A stretch of DNA of 64,000 nt from Candidatus Pelagibacterales bacterium (GTDB lineage: Bacteria; Pseudomonadota; Alphaproteobacteria; Pelagibacterales; Pelagibacteraceae). The position numbers were made by a program, and so were the translations under genes. The notes beneath the pieces were generated by a model. The model searched no databases. It was not told the DNA's origin and worked only from the letters and a program-made list of their open reading frames with translations. Within the stretch, counting starts at the first letter, position 1. The number at the start of each line of letters is the position of its first letter. This document shows positions 31,272 to 42,376 of the stretch, piece by piece. Location of the stretch: assembly GCA_965244655.1 (NCBI GenBank), contig OZ251737.1:480460-544459 (forward strand), in the 5' to 3' direction.

Positions 31272-31478
31272 ATGAGTATAAAAGGTAAAGTAAAATGGTT
31301 TAATGGATCCAAGGGTTATGGATTTATTGAACGAGATGATAAAGAAAAAGACGTTTTTGTTCATATGTCAGCCGTTAAAGATTCTGGTGTTGGATACCTC
31401 GATGAGGGAGATGTTCTTACTTTTGATATCGAAGATGGAAAAAAAGGTCCATCTGCTGTAAACTTAAAAAAAGAATAG
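31272..31478 (+). CDS. cspA: cold-shock protein (CspA family)
   Basis: GKVKWFN, KGYGFI (RNP1), DVFVHMSA (RNP2), GKKGPSAVNL. Confidence 0.95.
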   Translation: MSIKGKVKWFNGSKGYGFIERDDKEKDVFVHMSAVKDSGVGYLDEGDVLTFDIEDGKKGPSAVNLKKE

Positions 31479-31514
31479 TTTTTTAGTTTAAATATTAGTT
31501 TAGGAGGCTCGGCC

Positions 31515-31715
31515 ATGGGTATTCATTATGATTATAAGTCTAAGCGTGGTGAAAGGGCGATGCTGAAAGAAGCAAAAAGAAAAGAACGTCTTGCTCTCAA
31601 AAAAGCAAAAAGAGCCTCAACTAATCCAATAGTAGAAAAAAAAGAAGAGCCTGCTGAAATGCATGATATCAGCAAGCCGATTACTTTGGATGATTTAACT
31701 AATCCTAATAAATAA
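31515..31715 (+). CDS. small basic hypothetical protein
   Basis: AGGAGG SD at 31502-31507; 66-aa Lys/Arg-rich ORF co-oriented with csp. Confidence 0.75.
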   Translation: MGIHYDYKSKRGERAMLKEAKRKERLALKKAKRASTNPIVEKKEEPAEMHDISKPITLDDLTNPNK

Positions 31716-31732
31716 TTTAATAAATGTTTTTG

Positions 31733-31834
31733 ATGGTTGATAAGGAAGATAAAATCAAAAAATTAGCTAACGCTCTAAAAGAAAATTTAAAAAAAAGAAA
31801 AGAGTTCCAAAAAAAATTGAAAGATAAAAAATGA
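31733..31834 (+). CDS. 33-aa small protein coupled to dcd (not in ORF track)
   Basis: [33 protein letters not shown]; stop overlaps the dcd start (ATGA); fills the whole intergenic gap. Confidence 0.65.
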   Translation: MVDKEDKIKKLANALKENLKKRKEFQKKLKDKK

Positions 31835-32385
31835 GCGTATTGTCAGATAAGTGGATTAAAAAAATGTCCCAGGAAAATGAGATGATAACACCCTTTGTTG
31901 AAAATCAACAAAGAGGGGATAATATATCCTTTGGTCTTTCTTCCTATGGTTATGACGCTAGAGTTTCAAATGAATTTAAAATTTTCACCAATATTCATTC
32001 GACTGTAGTTGATCCAAAAAATTTTTCCCAAGAGAGTTTTGTTACTAAAAAAGAAGATGTGTGCATTATTCCTCCTAATTCTTTTGTTTTAGCAAGTACT
32101 GTTGAATATTTCAAAATTCCAAGGGATGTTTTGGTTATTTGTCTTGGAAAAAGTACATATGCTAGATGCGGGATCATTGTAAATGTAACACCTTTAGAAC
32201 CTGAGTGGGAAGGCCATGTAACTTTAGAATTTTCTAACACAACTCCTCTTCCAGCTAAAATTTATGCAAATGAAGGAGCGTGCCAATTTATTTTCTTAAA
32301 AGGAGATCAGCCTCCCGAAGTTTCTTATGCAGACAGAAAAGGAAAGTATATGAAACAAAAGGGCGTTACCCTTCCCAAAGTATAA
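31831..32385 (+). CDS. dcd: dCTP deaminase
   Basis: [39 protein letters not shown]. Confidence 0.96.
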   Translation: MSVLSDKWIKKMSQENEMITPFVENQQRGDNISFGLSSYGYDARVSNEFKIFTNIHSTVVDPKNFSQESFVTKKEDVCIIPPNSFVLASTVEYFKIPRDVLVICLGKSTYARCGIIVNVTPLEPEWEGHVTLEFSNTTPLPAKIYANEGACQFIFLKGDQPPEVSYADRKGKYMKQKGVTLPKV

Positions 32386-32391
32386 AAATTA

Positions 32392-33655
32392 ATGAAACAA
32401 TTAATAATCCAGGGAGGTAAAAAACTCTATGGATCCATAGCTATTTCTGGATCAAAAAATGCTTCTCTGCCAATTTTGGCAGCCTCTTTACTAATAGATG
32501 AAATTATAATTTTAAGAAATATTCCAAATGTCAAAGATATTTTGACTATGAAAACTTTGTTAGAAAGTATTGGAAAAAAAATTGAATTTAATATTTTGAA
32601 AAATGAAATAAAAATTTATCCAACGAAAATAAAAAAATTAGAAGCCTTATATAGTCTTGTTAAAACCATGAGAGCTGGGGTTTTGGTATTGGGGCCATTA
32701 ATTGCTAAATATAATTTTGCACGTGTATCATTACCAGGAGGGTGTGCCATAGGGTCAAGGCCAGTCGACCTTCATATAGAAGCATTAAAAAAAATGGGTG
32801 CAAAAATAAAAATAGAAAAAGGATATATCGTTGCGGAAGCTTCAAAAAAATTAAAACCTGCAAAAATAAAATTTTCATCCATTTCAGTTGGAGCAACAGA
32901 AAATCTAATTATGGCGGCTACGCTCTGTAAAGGCAAAACTATTATTCAAAATATTGCAATTGAACCAGAGATTTTAGATCTGATAAATTTTTTAAATTGT
33001 TCTGGTGCCAAAATATCTTTTGTCTCTAAAAGATCGATTGTTATTGAAGGAGTGGATAAATTAAGAGGTATTAATTATTCTGTTATTCCAGACAGAATAG
33101 AAGCTGGCACCTATGCAGTTGCAGCTTTAATTACAAATGGAAAAATTACTTTGAATAAAATTAATAGAGAAATGATGTCTAATATTTTTCAAATTTTAAA
33201 AAAAGCTGGAGCCAAGATAGTTTTTGGAAAAAATAATTCTGTGACCATTTCTAGAAAAATAATTAAACCCACAACAATTAAAACAATGCCATACCCTGGC
33301 TTTCCCTACAGATATGCAAGCACAGTTGATGAGTTTGCTTTGCTTGTCTAAGGGTAGTTCATTAATCAAAGAAGAAATTTTTGAAAACAGATTTTTGCAT
33401 GTTTCAGAATTAAAAAGAATGGGGGCCAATATTAAAATAAGCAATCAAAGTGCAAATATCATTGGAATAGCCAATTTAAATGGAGCAGAAGTGATGGCCA
33501 CGGACTTGAGAGCCTCTGTTTCATTGGTATTAGCAGGATTGGCAGCAAAAGGCACAACCATCATAAATAGAATCTATCATTTAGAAAGAGGATATGAAAA
33601 TTTGGTTAGCAAACTAAAGCAGTGCGGAGCAAAGATAGTTTTAAAAAATGTCTGA
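32392..33655 (+). CDS. murA: UDP-N-acetylglucosamine 1-carboxyvinyltransferase, split by one apparent +1 base at ~33304-33306
   Basis: [39 protein letters not shown]; GGC TTT CCC TAC AGA restores to G-F-P-T-D-M-Q on deleting one C; then FENRF, ATDLRAS, HLERGYE. Confidence 0.94.
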
Positions 33656-34094
33656 TAAAAATTCTAATTTAAAACTACTAGCAAATGATGAAAAAGACCT
33701 AAAAATTTTCTCAGCATATTTACAAGATGCAGTTATCATTACACAAGACATTAAATTTTTATTAAAAAATAAAACACTAGCCTGCATTTTTAACAGATTT
33801 ATGTGGGAAGATGCTGAAAAAGGTGTCTTTAGAGATAATAGAAGGGTTAGATCAGCACTTATTTTTAAAAATGTAACAAAAGTAAAATCTAAAAATATTA
33901 ATGTTAAAAATAAATCAAGAATATTAGAATTTTTAGCCATAGAAAGCCGAATACTTAAAAATGATAATTATAGTTTGAAGTTGATATTTTCAGGTGGTGG
34001 AGTAATTTCAATGGAAGTGGAATTTATTGATTCAACTCTTGAAGATTTTTCTGAGAGCTGGCCAACAAAATACACCCCCAAACATAAAATTTGA
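33648..34094 (+). CDS. DUF2948-family protein
   Basis: [25 protein letters not shown]; conserved position between murA and hisD in alphaproteobacteria. Confidence 0.8.
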   Translation: MSDKNSNLKLLANDEKDLKIFSAYLQDAVIITQDIKFLLKNKTLACIFNRFMWEDAEKGVFRDNRRVRSALIFKNVTKVKSKNINVKNKSRILEFLAIESRILKNDNYSLKLIFSGGGVISMEVEFIDSTLEDFSESWPTKYTPKHKI

Positions 34095-35392
34095 TGAAAT
34101 ATATATTAGATACAAAGAAAGCTGGTTTTCAAAAAGAATTTAATAAAGTTCTAAATTCAAAGCGTCAGCAGTCTAGCTCTAATCAATCGACTGTTTTAAA
34201 GATCATTAGTGATATTAAAAAAAATGGAGATAAATCTTTAATCAAATATTCAAAAAAATTTGACAAAATTTCTTTAAATAAAAATAATATTCAATTGAGT
34301 AACAAAGAAATTCTAGCGATTATTGCAAAACTTGATTTTAAAATTAAAAAGGCAATTGAACTTGCCTATACAAGAGTAAAAAATTTTCATTTAAAGCAAG
34401 TTAATAAATCATTTAAGTATAAAGATAGTTATGGCAACCTTCTTGGTTACAAATATACGTCTTTAAATAAAGTGGGTATTTATGTACCCGGAGGCAAAGC
34501 AAGTTATCCTAGTACAGTCATTATGAACTCAGTGCCCGCAATTGTTGCTGGTGTCAAAAATATTTATGCAGCTGTACCCACACCTAATAATGAAATTAAT
34601 GCAGGTGTTATTTATGCGGCTAAAATTTGCGGAGTAAAAAAAATTTACAGAATTGGTGGAGCGCAGGCTATTGCAGCTTTTGCATATGGCACAAAATCGG
34701 TTGATCAAGTAGATAAAATAGTAGGACCAGGTAATATTTTTGTAGCAACTGCTAAAAAAGAAGTTTTTGGACAAGTTGGCATTGATATGATTGCAGGTCC
34801 TTCAGAAATAACGGTAATTGCTGGACCAGAAAATAATCCAACATGGACGGCTATTGATTTATTATCACAAGCAGAGCATGACGAATTGTCCCAAAGTATT
34901 TTAATTACTAAGAGCAACATATTTGCGAGGAAAGTTAAATATGAAATTGAACGCATTATTAACAATTTGCCAAGATCTAAAATTGCTCGAGCTAGTATAA
35001 AGAACTACGGAACAATTATTATTTGCAAAAATGATAAAGAAATTATTGAAATTGCTAACAAAATAGCGCCAGAACATCTTGAAATAAAAGTTAAAAATTG
35101 TGATGAGTTAGAAAAAAAAATTATCAATGCAGGTTCTATTTTTTTAGGAAATTATAGTCCCGAAGCAATAGGTGATTATATTGCTGGACCTAATCACGTT
35201 TTACCTACGTCGGGGACCGCAAGATTTTCTTCTGGATTGTCAGTTGCTGATTTTTATAAAAAAACATCAGTTATAAAATGTACAAAACTTGGTATTAAAA
35301 AAATTGGACCTGCTGCAGTTAACCTTGCAAATTATGAAGGGTTGCAAGCACACGCTCTTTCGATTATGACACGTATCAATAACCAAAAATAA
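34091..35392 (+). CDS. hisD: histidinol dehydrogenase
   Basis: [51 protein letters not shown]. Confidence 0.97.
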   Translation: MMKYILDTKKAGFQKEFNKVLNSKRQQSSSNQSTVLKIISDIKKNGDKSLIKYSKKFDKISLNKNNIQLSNKEILAIIAKLDFKIKKAIELAYTRVKNFHLKQVNKSFKYKDSYGNLLGYKYTSLNKVGIYVPGGKASYPSTVIMNSVPAIVAGVKNIYAAVPTPNNEINAGVIYAAKICGVKKIYRIGGAQAIAAFAYGTKSVDQVDKIVGPGNIFVATAKKEVFGQVGIDMIAGPSEITVIAGPENNPTWTAIDLLSQAEHDELSQSILITKSNIFARKVKYEIERIINNLPRSKIARASIKNYGTIIICKNDKEIIEIANKIAPEHLEIKVKNCDELEKKIINAGSIFLGNYSPEAIGDYIAGPNHVLPTSGTARFSSGLSVADFYKKTSVIKCTKLGIKKIGPAAVNLANYEGLQAHALSIMTRINNQK

Positions 35393-35397
35393 AATAT

Positions 35398-35616
35398 ATG
35401 GCAAAAGAAGAAATGTTGGAATTCAATGGTGTAGTTACTGAGCTACTTCCTAATGCCACATTTCGGGTTAAGCTAGAAAATAATCATGAAATTTTAGCTC
35501 ACAGCTCAGGAAAACTTAGAAAAAATAGAATTAGAGTTTTGACTGGAGATAAAGTGCTAGTTGAAGTCACACCATACGATTTAACAAAAGGCAGAATTAC
35601 TTTTCGACTAAAGTAA
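35398..35616 (+). CDS. infA: translation initiation factor IF-1
   Basis: [52 protein letters not shown]. Confidence 0.98.
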   Translation: MAKEEMLEFNGVVTELLPNATFRVKLENNHEILAHSSGKLRKNRIRVLTGDKVLVEVTPYDLTKGRITFRLK

Positions 35617-36195
35617 ATGTCCAAAATTACCAAAGGTTTAGTTTTGGCAAGTGCATCTTCTCGACGATTAGAATTATTGAATAAAATTAATATTGTACCT
35701 GAAATTATACAAGCCGCAAATATTGACGAAACACCAAAAAAAAAAGAAAAACCGATAGAATATTGCAAAAGACTTGCAAGAGAGAAGGGTGATTTTGTTT
35801 TTCAAAACTATCCTGACATGACGGTATTATCAGCTGATACGATTGTTTTTTGTAGTAATAAAATTTTTGGAAAGGCATCTTCAGAGGAGGAAGCTAGAAG
35901 TTTTTTAAATTTTTTTTCAGGCAGAAAACATTCGGTATTAACAGCAATTTACCTTCGCAATAAAAATCTATCTAAAATTAAATACTCTATCTCTAAAGTT
36001 ACTTTCATCCGATTAGAGAAAAAAGATATAGATATATATTTGGCAACTAGAGAGTGGGAAAATAAAGCGGGCGCATATGCAATCCAGGGTTATGCGGATC
36101 GATTTGTTAAAACAATAAATGGATCTTATTCAAATATTGTAGGATTGCCACTTCAACAAGCTTTTAACTTACTAAAAACATCGAATTTAATTTAG
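35617..36195 (+). CDS. maf: Maf-family nucleotide pyrophosphatase
   Basis: LASASSRRLELL, IDETP, LSADT, KAGAYAIQG, GSYSNIVGLP. Confidence 0.93.
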   Translation: MSKITKGLVLASASSRRLELLNKINIVPEIIQAANIDETPKKKEKPIEYCKRLAREKGDFVFQNYPDMTVLSADTIVFCSNKIFGKASSEEEARSFLNFFSGRKHSVLTAIYLRNKNLSKIKYSISKVTFIRLEKKDIDIYLATREWENKAGAYAIQGYADRFVKTINGSYSNIVGLPLQQAFNLLKTSNLI

Positions 36196-36240
36196 TTTTT
36201 AATTGATTATTTAAATAAATTGTGGAAAAAGACTGTGCGT

Positions 36241-36316
36241 GGTCTGGTAGCTCAGTTGGTAGAGCAGAGCCCTGAAAAGGCTTGTGTCGGTGGTTCAAAT
36301 CCACCCCAGACCACCA
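36241..36316 (+). tRNA. tRNA-Phe (GAA)
   Basis: GGTCTGG/CCAGACC acceptor stem, anticodon arm GAGCC-CTGAAAA-GGCTT, GGTTCAAATCC, encoded CCA. Confidence 0.97.
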
Positions 36317-36366
36317 TTTTTTATTTGCAATTTATTTATTGTATTGATAATCAACCCTCAATTGAA

Positions 36367-36432
36367 ATGATAAAAAAATATATATCTACTCATAGACACC
36401 ATTCCCACGCTGGGCATACGCTTGGCCAATAG
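36367..36432 (+). CDS. putative His-rich leader peptide (21 aa)
   Basis: ATG..TAG ORF MIKKYISTHRHHSHAGHTLGQ with 5 His codons in 9 codons, directly upstream of tRNA-His/hisS/hisZ/hisG. Confidence 0.65.
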   Translation: MIKKYISTHRHHSHAGHTLGQ

Positions 36433-36479
36433 AATTATATATTTAAATTAAGAATACTATTATAAACAAAAAATATTAT

Positions 36480-36556
36480 GCAGCTGTAGCTCAGTTGGTT
36501 AGAGCGCTGGTTTGTGGAACCAGATGTCGGTGGTTCGAGTCCACCCAGCTGTACCA
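36480..36556 (+). tRNA. tRNA-His (GTG), no G-1, A73 discriminator
   Basis: GCAGCTG/CAGCTGT acceptor stem + ACCA, anticodon arm CTGGT-TTGTGGA-ACCAG, GGTTCGAGTCC. Confidence 0.97.
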
Positions 36557-36561
36557 AAACA

Positions 36562-38001
36562 ATGAATAAAAAAACTTTTAAACCCAGCAGTGAATTACCC
36601 GCTGGTTTTGCAGATAGACAAGAAGAAGAGCTTTTAATTCGAGATTTTTTAATTTCGAACATTAAAAAGATTATGTCTAAATACGGTTTCCAATATCTTG
36701 AAACACCTAGTTTTGAGTATACAGAAAGTATTGGAAAATTTTTACCAGACAAAGAAAGACCTTCCGAGGGTGTTTTTTCTTTTGAAGATGAAAAAAAGTG
36801 GCTTTCACTTCGTTATGATTTAACAGCACCACTAGCAAGATATTCTGCTAAAAATTTCGATTCTATTCCAAGACCTTTTAAGAGATATCAATTAGGGACT
36901 GTTTGGAGAAATGAAAAACCAGGACCGGGTCGTTTCAGAGAATTTTTGCAATTTGATGCAGACTATATAGGTACCAGTAATCTATTTGCAGACTCTGAGT
37001 TATGTTTTTTAATTTCAGAAATTCTCACTAGCTGTGGCTTAGAAAAAAATGAATTCATAATTAAAGTTTCAAATCGAAAACTTACCAAAGGTCTTTTGGA
37101 GCAATTAAATATTAACGAAGAACAAAAGCAATCCATAACTCTAAGGGCAATAGATAAATTAGACAGAGTAGGGATTGAAGGCGTCCGATATTTACTTGGG
37201 GAGGGAAGAAAAGATAAGTCAGGAGATTTCACTAAGGGAGCAGAATTAAAAGATAATCAAATTACAAAAATTATTGATTTTTTAAACATTAAAAAACTTT
37301 CTGAAAATAATTTTGAAAAAATTAAAGCAATAGCTAACAACAACGAAACAATGATGGCTGGTATAAATGAGCTGATACTCATAAAAAAATATTTTTCATT
37401 ATTTAATTTTGAAAATTATAATTTCGACACCACTCTTGTAAGAGGTCTAGAATATTACACCGGTCCTATTTTTGAAGCCAATTTAACTTTTAAAGTAACG
37501 AATAATAAGGGACAAGAAATTGAATTTGGCTCTATAGGTGGAGGAGGAAGATACGATGATCTTGTTAAACGATTTAATAATCAAGATTGTCCTTCTACGG
37601 GTATATCCGTTGGCCTAGACCGTTTAATTTATGCAATCATCCAAAAAAATAAAATTAAAGTAGAAAAAAATTGTCCAATTTTAATATGTGTATTTGATGA
37701 AAAATATATGGATTATTATATAAAAATCTTAAATTTATTAAGATTTGAGAATATTAGTGCAGAAATTTATTCAGGAAATTCTAATATAAAATCGCAACTT
37801 AAATATGCTGATAAAAGAGGATGTAAGTTTGTAATTCTATGTGGCGATGATGAGATTGCCAAAAACCTTATTACTATTAAAAATTTAAGTATAGGCAAGA
37901 AAGTTTCAGAAGATCTTAAAGATCGAGATGACTGGAAACAGTCTACCGAAGCACAAAAAACCATGCCTTTTGATCAGTTAATTAGTGAAATTAAAAAATG
38001 A
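36562..38001 (+). CDS. hisS: histidine--tRNA ligase
   Basis: GFAD, LRYDLTAPLAR, WRNEKPGPGRFREFLQFDAD, LVRGLEYYTG, GGGGRYD; start is ATG 36562 (ORF-track GTG at 36514 lies inside the tRNA). Confidence 0.96.
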   Translation: MNKKTFKPSSELPAGFADRQEEELLIRDFLISNIKKIMSKYGFQYLETPSFEYTESIGKFLPDKERPSEGVFSFEDEKKWLSLRYDLTAPLARYSAKNFDSIPRPFKRYQLGTVWRNEKPGPGRFREFLQFDADYIGTSNLFADSELCFLISEILTSCGLEKNEFIIKVSNRKLTKGLLEQLNINEEQKQSITLRAIDKLDRVGIEGVRYLLGEGRKDKSGDFTKGAELKDNQITKIIDFLNIKKLSENNFEKIKAIANNNETMMAGINELILIKKYFSLFNFENYNFDTTLVRGLEYYTGPIFEANLTFKVTNNKGQEIEFGSIGGGGRYDDLVKRFNNQDCPSTGISVGLDRLIYAIIQKNKIKVEKNCPILICVFDEKYMDYYIKILNLLRFENISAEIYSGNSNIKSQLKYADKRGCKFVILCGDDEIAKNLITIKNLSIGKKVSEDLKDRDDWKQSTEAQKTMPFDQLISEIKK

Positions 38002-39087
38002 AGCAAGGATTGGAAAAAAAAAGGTTAAAAGAATTTTTTTCAAAACAAATATTAAGTAGTTTTGAAAAAAATAATTTTAATTTTACTGATCTAGATTTGT
38101 TAATTGACACTAATTTATTAACAGAAAGATCAGGTGAGCAGTTTAAAAAAACTACATTAACTTACAAAGATTTACTTGGTAAAGAAATCAGTTTGCGACC
38201 CGATCTTACGGTTTCAACTGCTATTAAATATATCCAAGAAAAAAAAAATAAAGAAGAGAAATATTGTTATTTTGGCACTGCTTATCGTTTAGACAAAAAA
38301 GGCAATCTAAAGGTTTTTGATCAAATAGGTTGTGAAATCATAAACTCCAATAATAAAAAATCTCAAATAAATCTTATCAATTCAGTTCTCAAACCTATTA
38401 AAAAAATTAAAAAACTAGAAGTTACAATAGGAGATATTGGCTTGTTTAAAATATTAGTAAACTCTTTAGAATTACCAGAACGATGGAAATTTAGACTAAT
38501 AAAACATTTTTCTAGAAGAGAATATTTTGAAGATTTGCTCAAAAGACTAGAAACTAATTATGATCTTAATCAGCAAACAATTGAGGTTGATACAAAACGT
38601 CTAAAAGAACTTAAAAAGATGGATAAAAATCAGGTTATTGGGGGTAGAACGGTTTTTGAAATTATTCAACGTTTTGAAAAAAAATTAAAAGATCCTAGAG
38701 ATAATTTTAAAGGTAAAAAAAACGTAAAAATTATTAGGGACTTTTTAAAAATTAATTTACCAATTGATAAAGCAGAAAATGCTATTCGCTTATTTTTTTT
38801 TAATCAATAATTTAAGAAATAAAGATCTAGCCATTTATCTAAAAAAAATTTCTAGTGTTAACGATGCGCTAGGTAAAAAATATACAATTTATTTCAAAAC
38901 AAATTTTGGAAGAAATGCAGAATATTATACAGGATTAGTTTTTTTAGCTTATGTTTTAAATAAATCTAAATTAATAGAAATTGCTAGAGGTGGAGAATAC
39001 GACACTTTACTTAAAACTCTTGGTTATAAAAAAGATATCCCAGCTTTTGGTGGAGCTATTAATTTAAATCAATTGATAAACTTATAA
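37998..39087 (+). CDS. hisZ: ATP phosphoribosyltransferase regulatory subunit, split by one apparent extra T in the T-run at ~38794-38801
   Basis: LRPDLT, QIGCE, IGD, GRNAEYYTG, ARGGEYD, PAFGGAI; HisRS-like paralogue between hisS and hisG. Confidence 0.88.
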
Positions 39088-39088
39088 T

Positions 39089-39757
39089 ATGAATAAAATA
39101 AAATTAGGCTTGCCGAGTAAAGGTAGATTAAAAGAGGATGCCATAAATTTTTTTCAAAGTAAAAAGTTAATAATAAAAAATTCATTTGGAGAAAGAAATT
39201 ATTTTTTTAATATCGAAGGAAAAAATGAAGTAGAAGGTATATTCTTGCATGCAAAAGAGATTATTGAAAGAATTAATGATGGAACTTTGGACATGGGCGT
39301 ATCTGGACTAGATTTGTTAAAGGAATTTCCAGAAGTATATTCAGAAAATGTTAAAATATTTCAAAAGCTAAATTTTGGTTTTGCCGATCTGGTTGTTGCA
39401 GTTCCAAAAGATTGGCTTGATGTGCAAAATATGGCAGATTTAGAAGAGGTTAGTTTTGAATTTAGAGAGAAATACGGTCGCAGAATGAGAGTGGCAACCA
39501 AATATCCAAATTTAACCGAAACTTTCTTTTTATCTAAGGGCGTAAGTCAATTTAGAGTTGTTGCAAGTCTGGGAGCAACTGAATCCTACCCATTCACTGG
39601 TTCTGCAGAACTTATTACTGATATTACATCAACCGGATCTACTCTTAAGGCCAATAATCTTAGAATTGTTAATGATGGAAATATTTTAAAGAGTTCAGCT
39701 TGTTTATTTGTTTCAAAAAAATTTCAAAAAAATAATTTTTTAAAGAACCTCAAATAA
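39089..39757 (+). CDS. hisG: ATP phosphoribosyltransferase (short form)
   Basis: LGLPSKGRL, DMGVSGLD, RVATKYPNL, GATE, ITDITSTGSTLKANNL; lacks the C-terminal regulatory domain. Confidence 0.96.
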   Translation: MNKIKLGLPSKGRLKEDAINFFQSKKLIIKNSFGERNYFFNIEGKNEVEGIFLHAKEIIERINDGTLDMGVSGLDLLKEFPEVYSENVKIFQKLNFGFADLVVAVPKDWLDVQNMADLEEVSFEFREKYGRRMRVATKYPNLTETFFLSKGVSQFRVVASLGATESYPFTGSAELITDITSTGSTLKANNLRIVNDGNILKSSACLFVSKKFQKNNFLKNLK

Positions 39758-39785
39758 AAAAGGCCAGTACTTAACTGGCCTTTTT
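39757..39785. terminator. intrinsic terminator after hisG (bidirectional shape)
   Basis: AAAAAGGCCAGT-ACTTA-ACTGGCCTTTTT perfect 12-bp inverted repeat. Confidence 0.85.
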
Positions 39786-39996
39786 ATAAATCTTTTTGGA
39801 TTTATTAGTATAGGATTGCATTAGTGTCTTTTTATAAAATAACTAAGTAATATACATACTTTTTAAACAAATCTTCATCACTGTTCATCACTTTAAAGCA
39901 ATCCCAAAGCAATTCAAAAGATAGATTGTAAATTGTTAAAAAAATTTTAATATTTAATAGTTCATAAAATAAGATGTAATTTTTTACATTTATATT

Positions 39997-40603
39997 ATGA
40001 ACCTAAAAATAACTTAACTAAATGATAGATTGGTCTAAAATTCCAGCACCAAAAGGTAGAGTGAGAACTTAAGTTTATTTAAATAATTATACTATTAAAC
40101 AAGTCAAACTTCAAATCTACTGACGATAAATTAGTTGTGAAGTTATCTGAGATTAAAGGAATTTACTAACAATCATTTATATTTATCCGATGACTGGTCA
40201 ACCAGATCATAACTATTGCACTAGAATAATTGGGATAACATTACCTGGAGTCATAGAGGATGTACACCTCAATCCTGATTCATTTAGAGATAATTTTAAT
40301 CAACTTAAAAAATTAAGCGTAGATAATATATTTTGGATCTAATCAACTCAAAATAATCAATATCAAAAAGAAATGGTTTAAATATTGTATTAAGTCTACC
40401 ATTATCAAGATTCTATCAGATGAAAAACTTGAATTGTGCTAATCAATTAAAATTACCTATTTTTGAAGTTGAACATATGAAATTAATAAAAAGAATTACT
40501 TTGAATATTAAATAATAATAAAATCATAAAATATTTTTATCCAGATTTTTCCACCAGATAAAAATGTATAATTGATGTAATTAAATTTCTAGTTAATAAA
40601 TAA
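39997..40603 (+). pseudogene. peroxiredoxin (AhpC/TSA, BCP-related) disrupted by many small indels
   Basis: ordered blocks across shifting frames: IDWSKIPAPK, TIIYIYPMTGQPD, NWDNI, RGCTPQS, SFRDNFNQLKKL, STQNNQYQKEMV, ILSDEKLE, LPIFEV..LIKRITL, KYFYP, IFPPDKNV. Confidence 0.8.
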
Positions 40604-40634
40604 AAAACCCCCAGAAATTTCTTTCTGAGGGTTT
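40602..40634 (-). terminator. intrinsic terminator of groESL
   Basis: minus strand AAACCCTCAGAAA-GAAA-TTTCTGGGGGTTTTTT hairpin with U-tract, about 50 nt after the groEL stop. Confidence 0.8.
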
Positions 40635-40684
40635 ATAATCTGTTTAATTTTTGTTTTTAAAATGTTCCTGATGTAGGAATGGTA

Positions 40685-42352
<1,668 letters not shown>

Positions 42353-42376
42353 TTATTTCCTCCTAATTTAATCTAG

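Noticed and set aside
36220-36432. ORF-track 70-aa ORF MWKKTVRG...
   Set aside because: Its 5' part runs through the tRNA-Phe gene; only the 3' ATG-initiated 21 codons are plausible (reported as the leader peptide).
36514-36561. N-terminal extension of hisS from GTG 36514
   Set aside because: The GTG is the tRNA-His anticodon; ATG 36562 is the sensible start.
38790-38802. hisZ T-run as a phase-variation or programmed frameshift site
   Set aside because: Long A/T runs are abundant in intact genes here, and five other +1 lesions occur in unrelated contexts; sequencing error is simpler.
40270-40282. TGA at the second Cys position of the peroxiredoxin (possible selenocysteine)
   Set aside because: The frame shifts right after the TGA (TGAT TCA TTT = TGT TCA TTT plus one base), so it is an indel and not an in-frame Sec codon; no SECIS-like hairpin follows.
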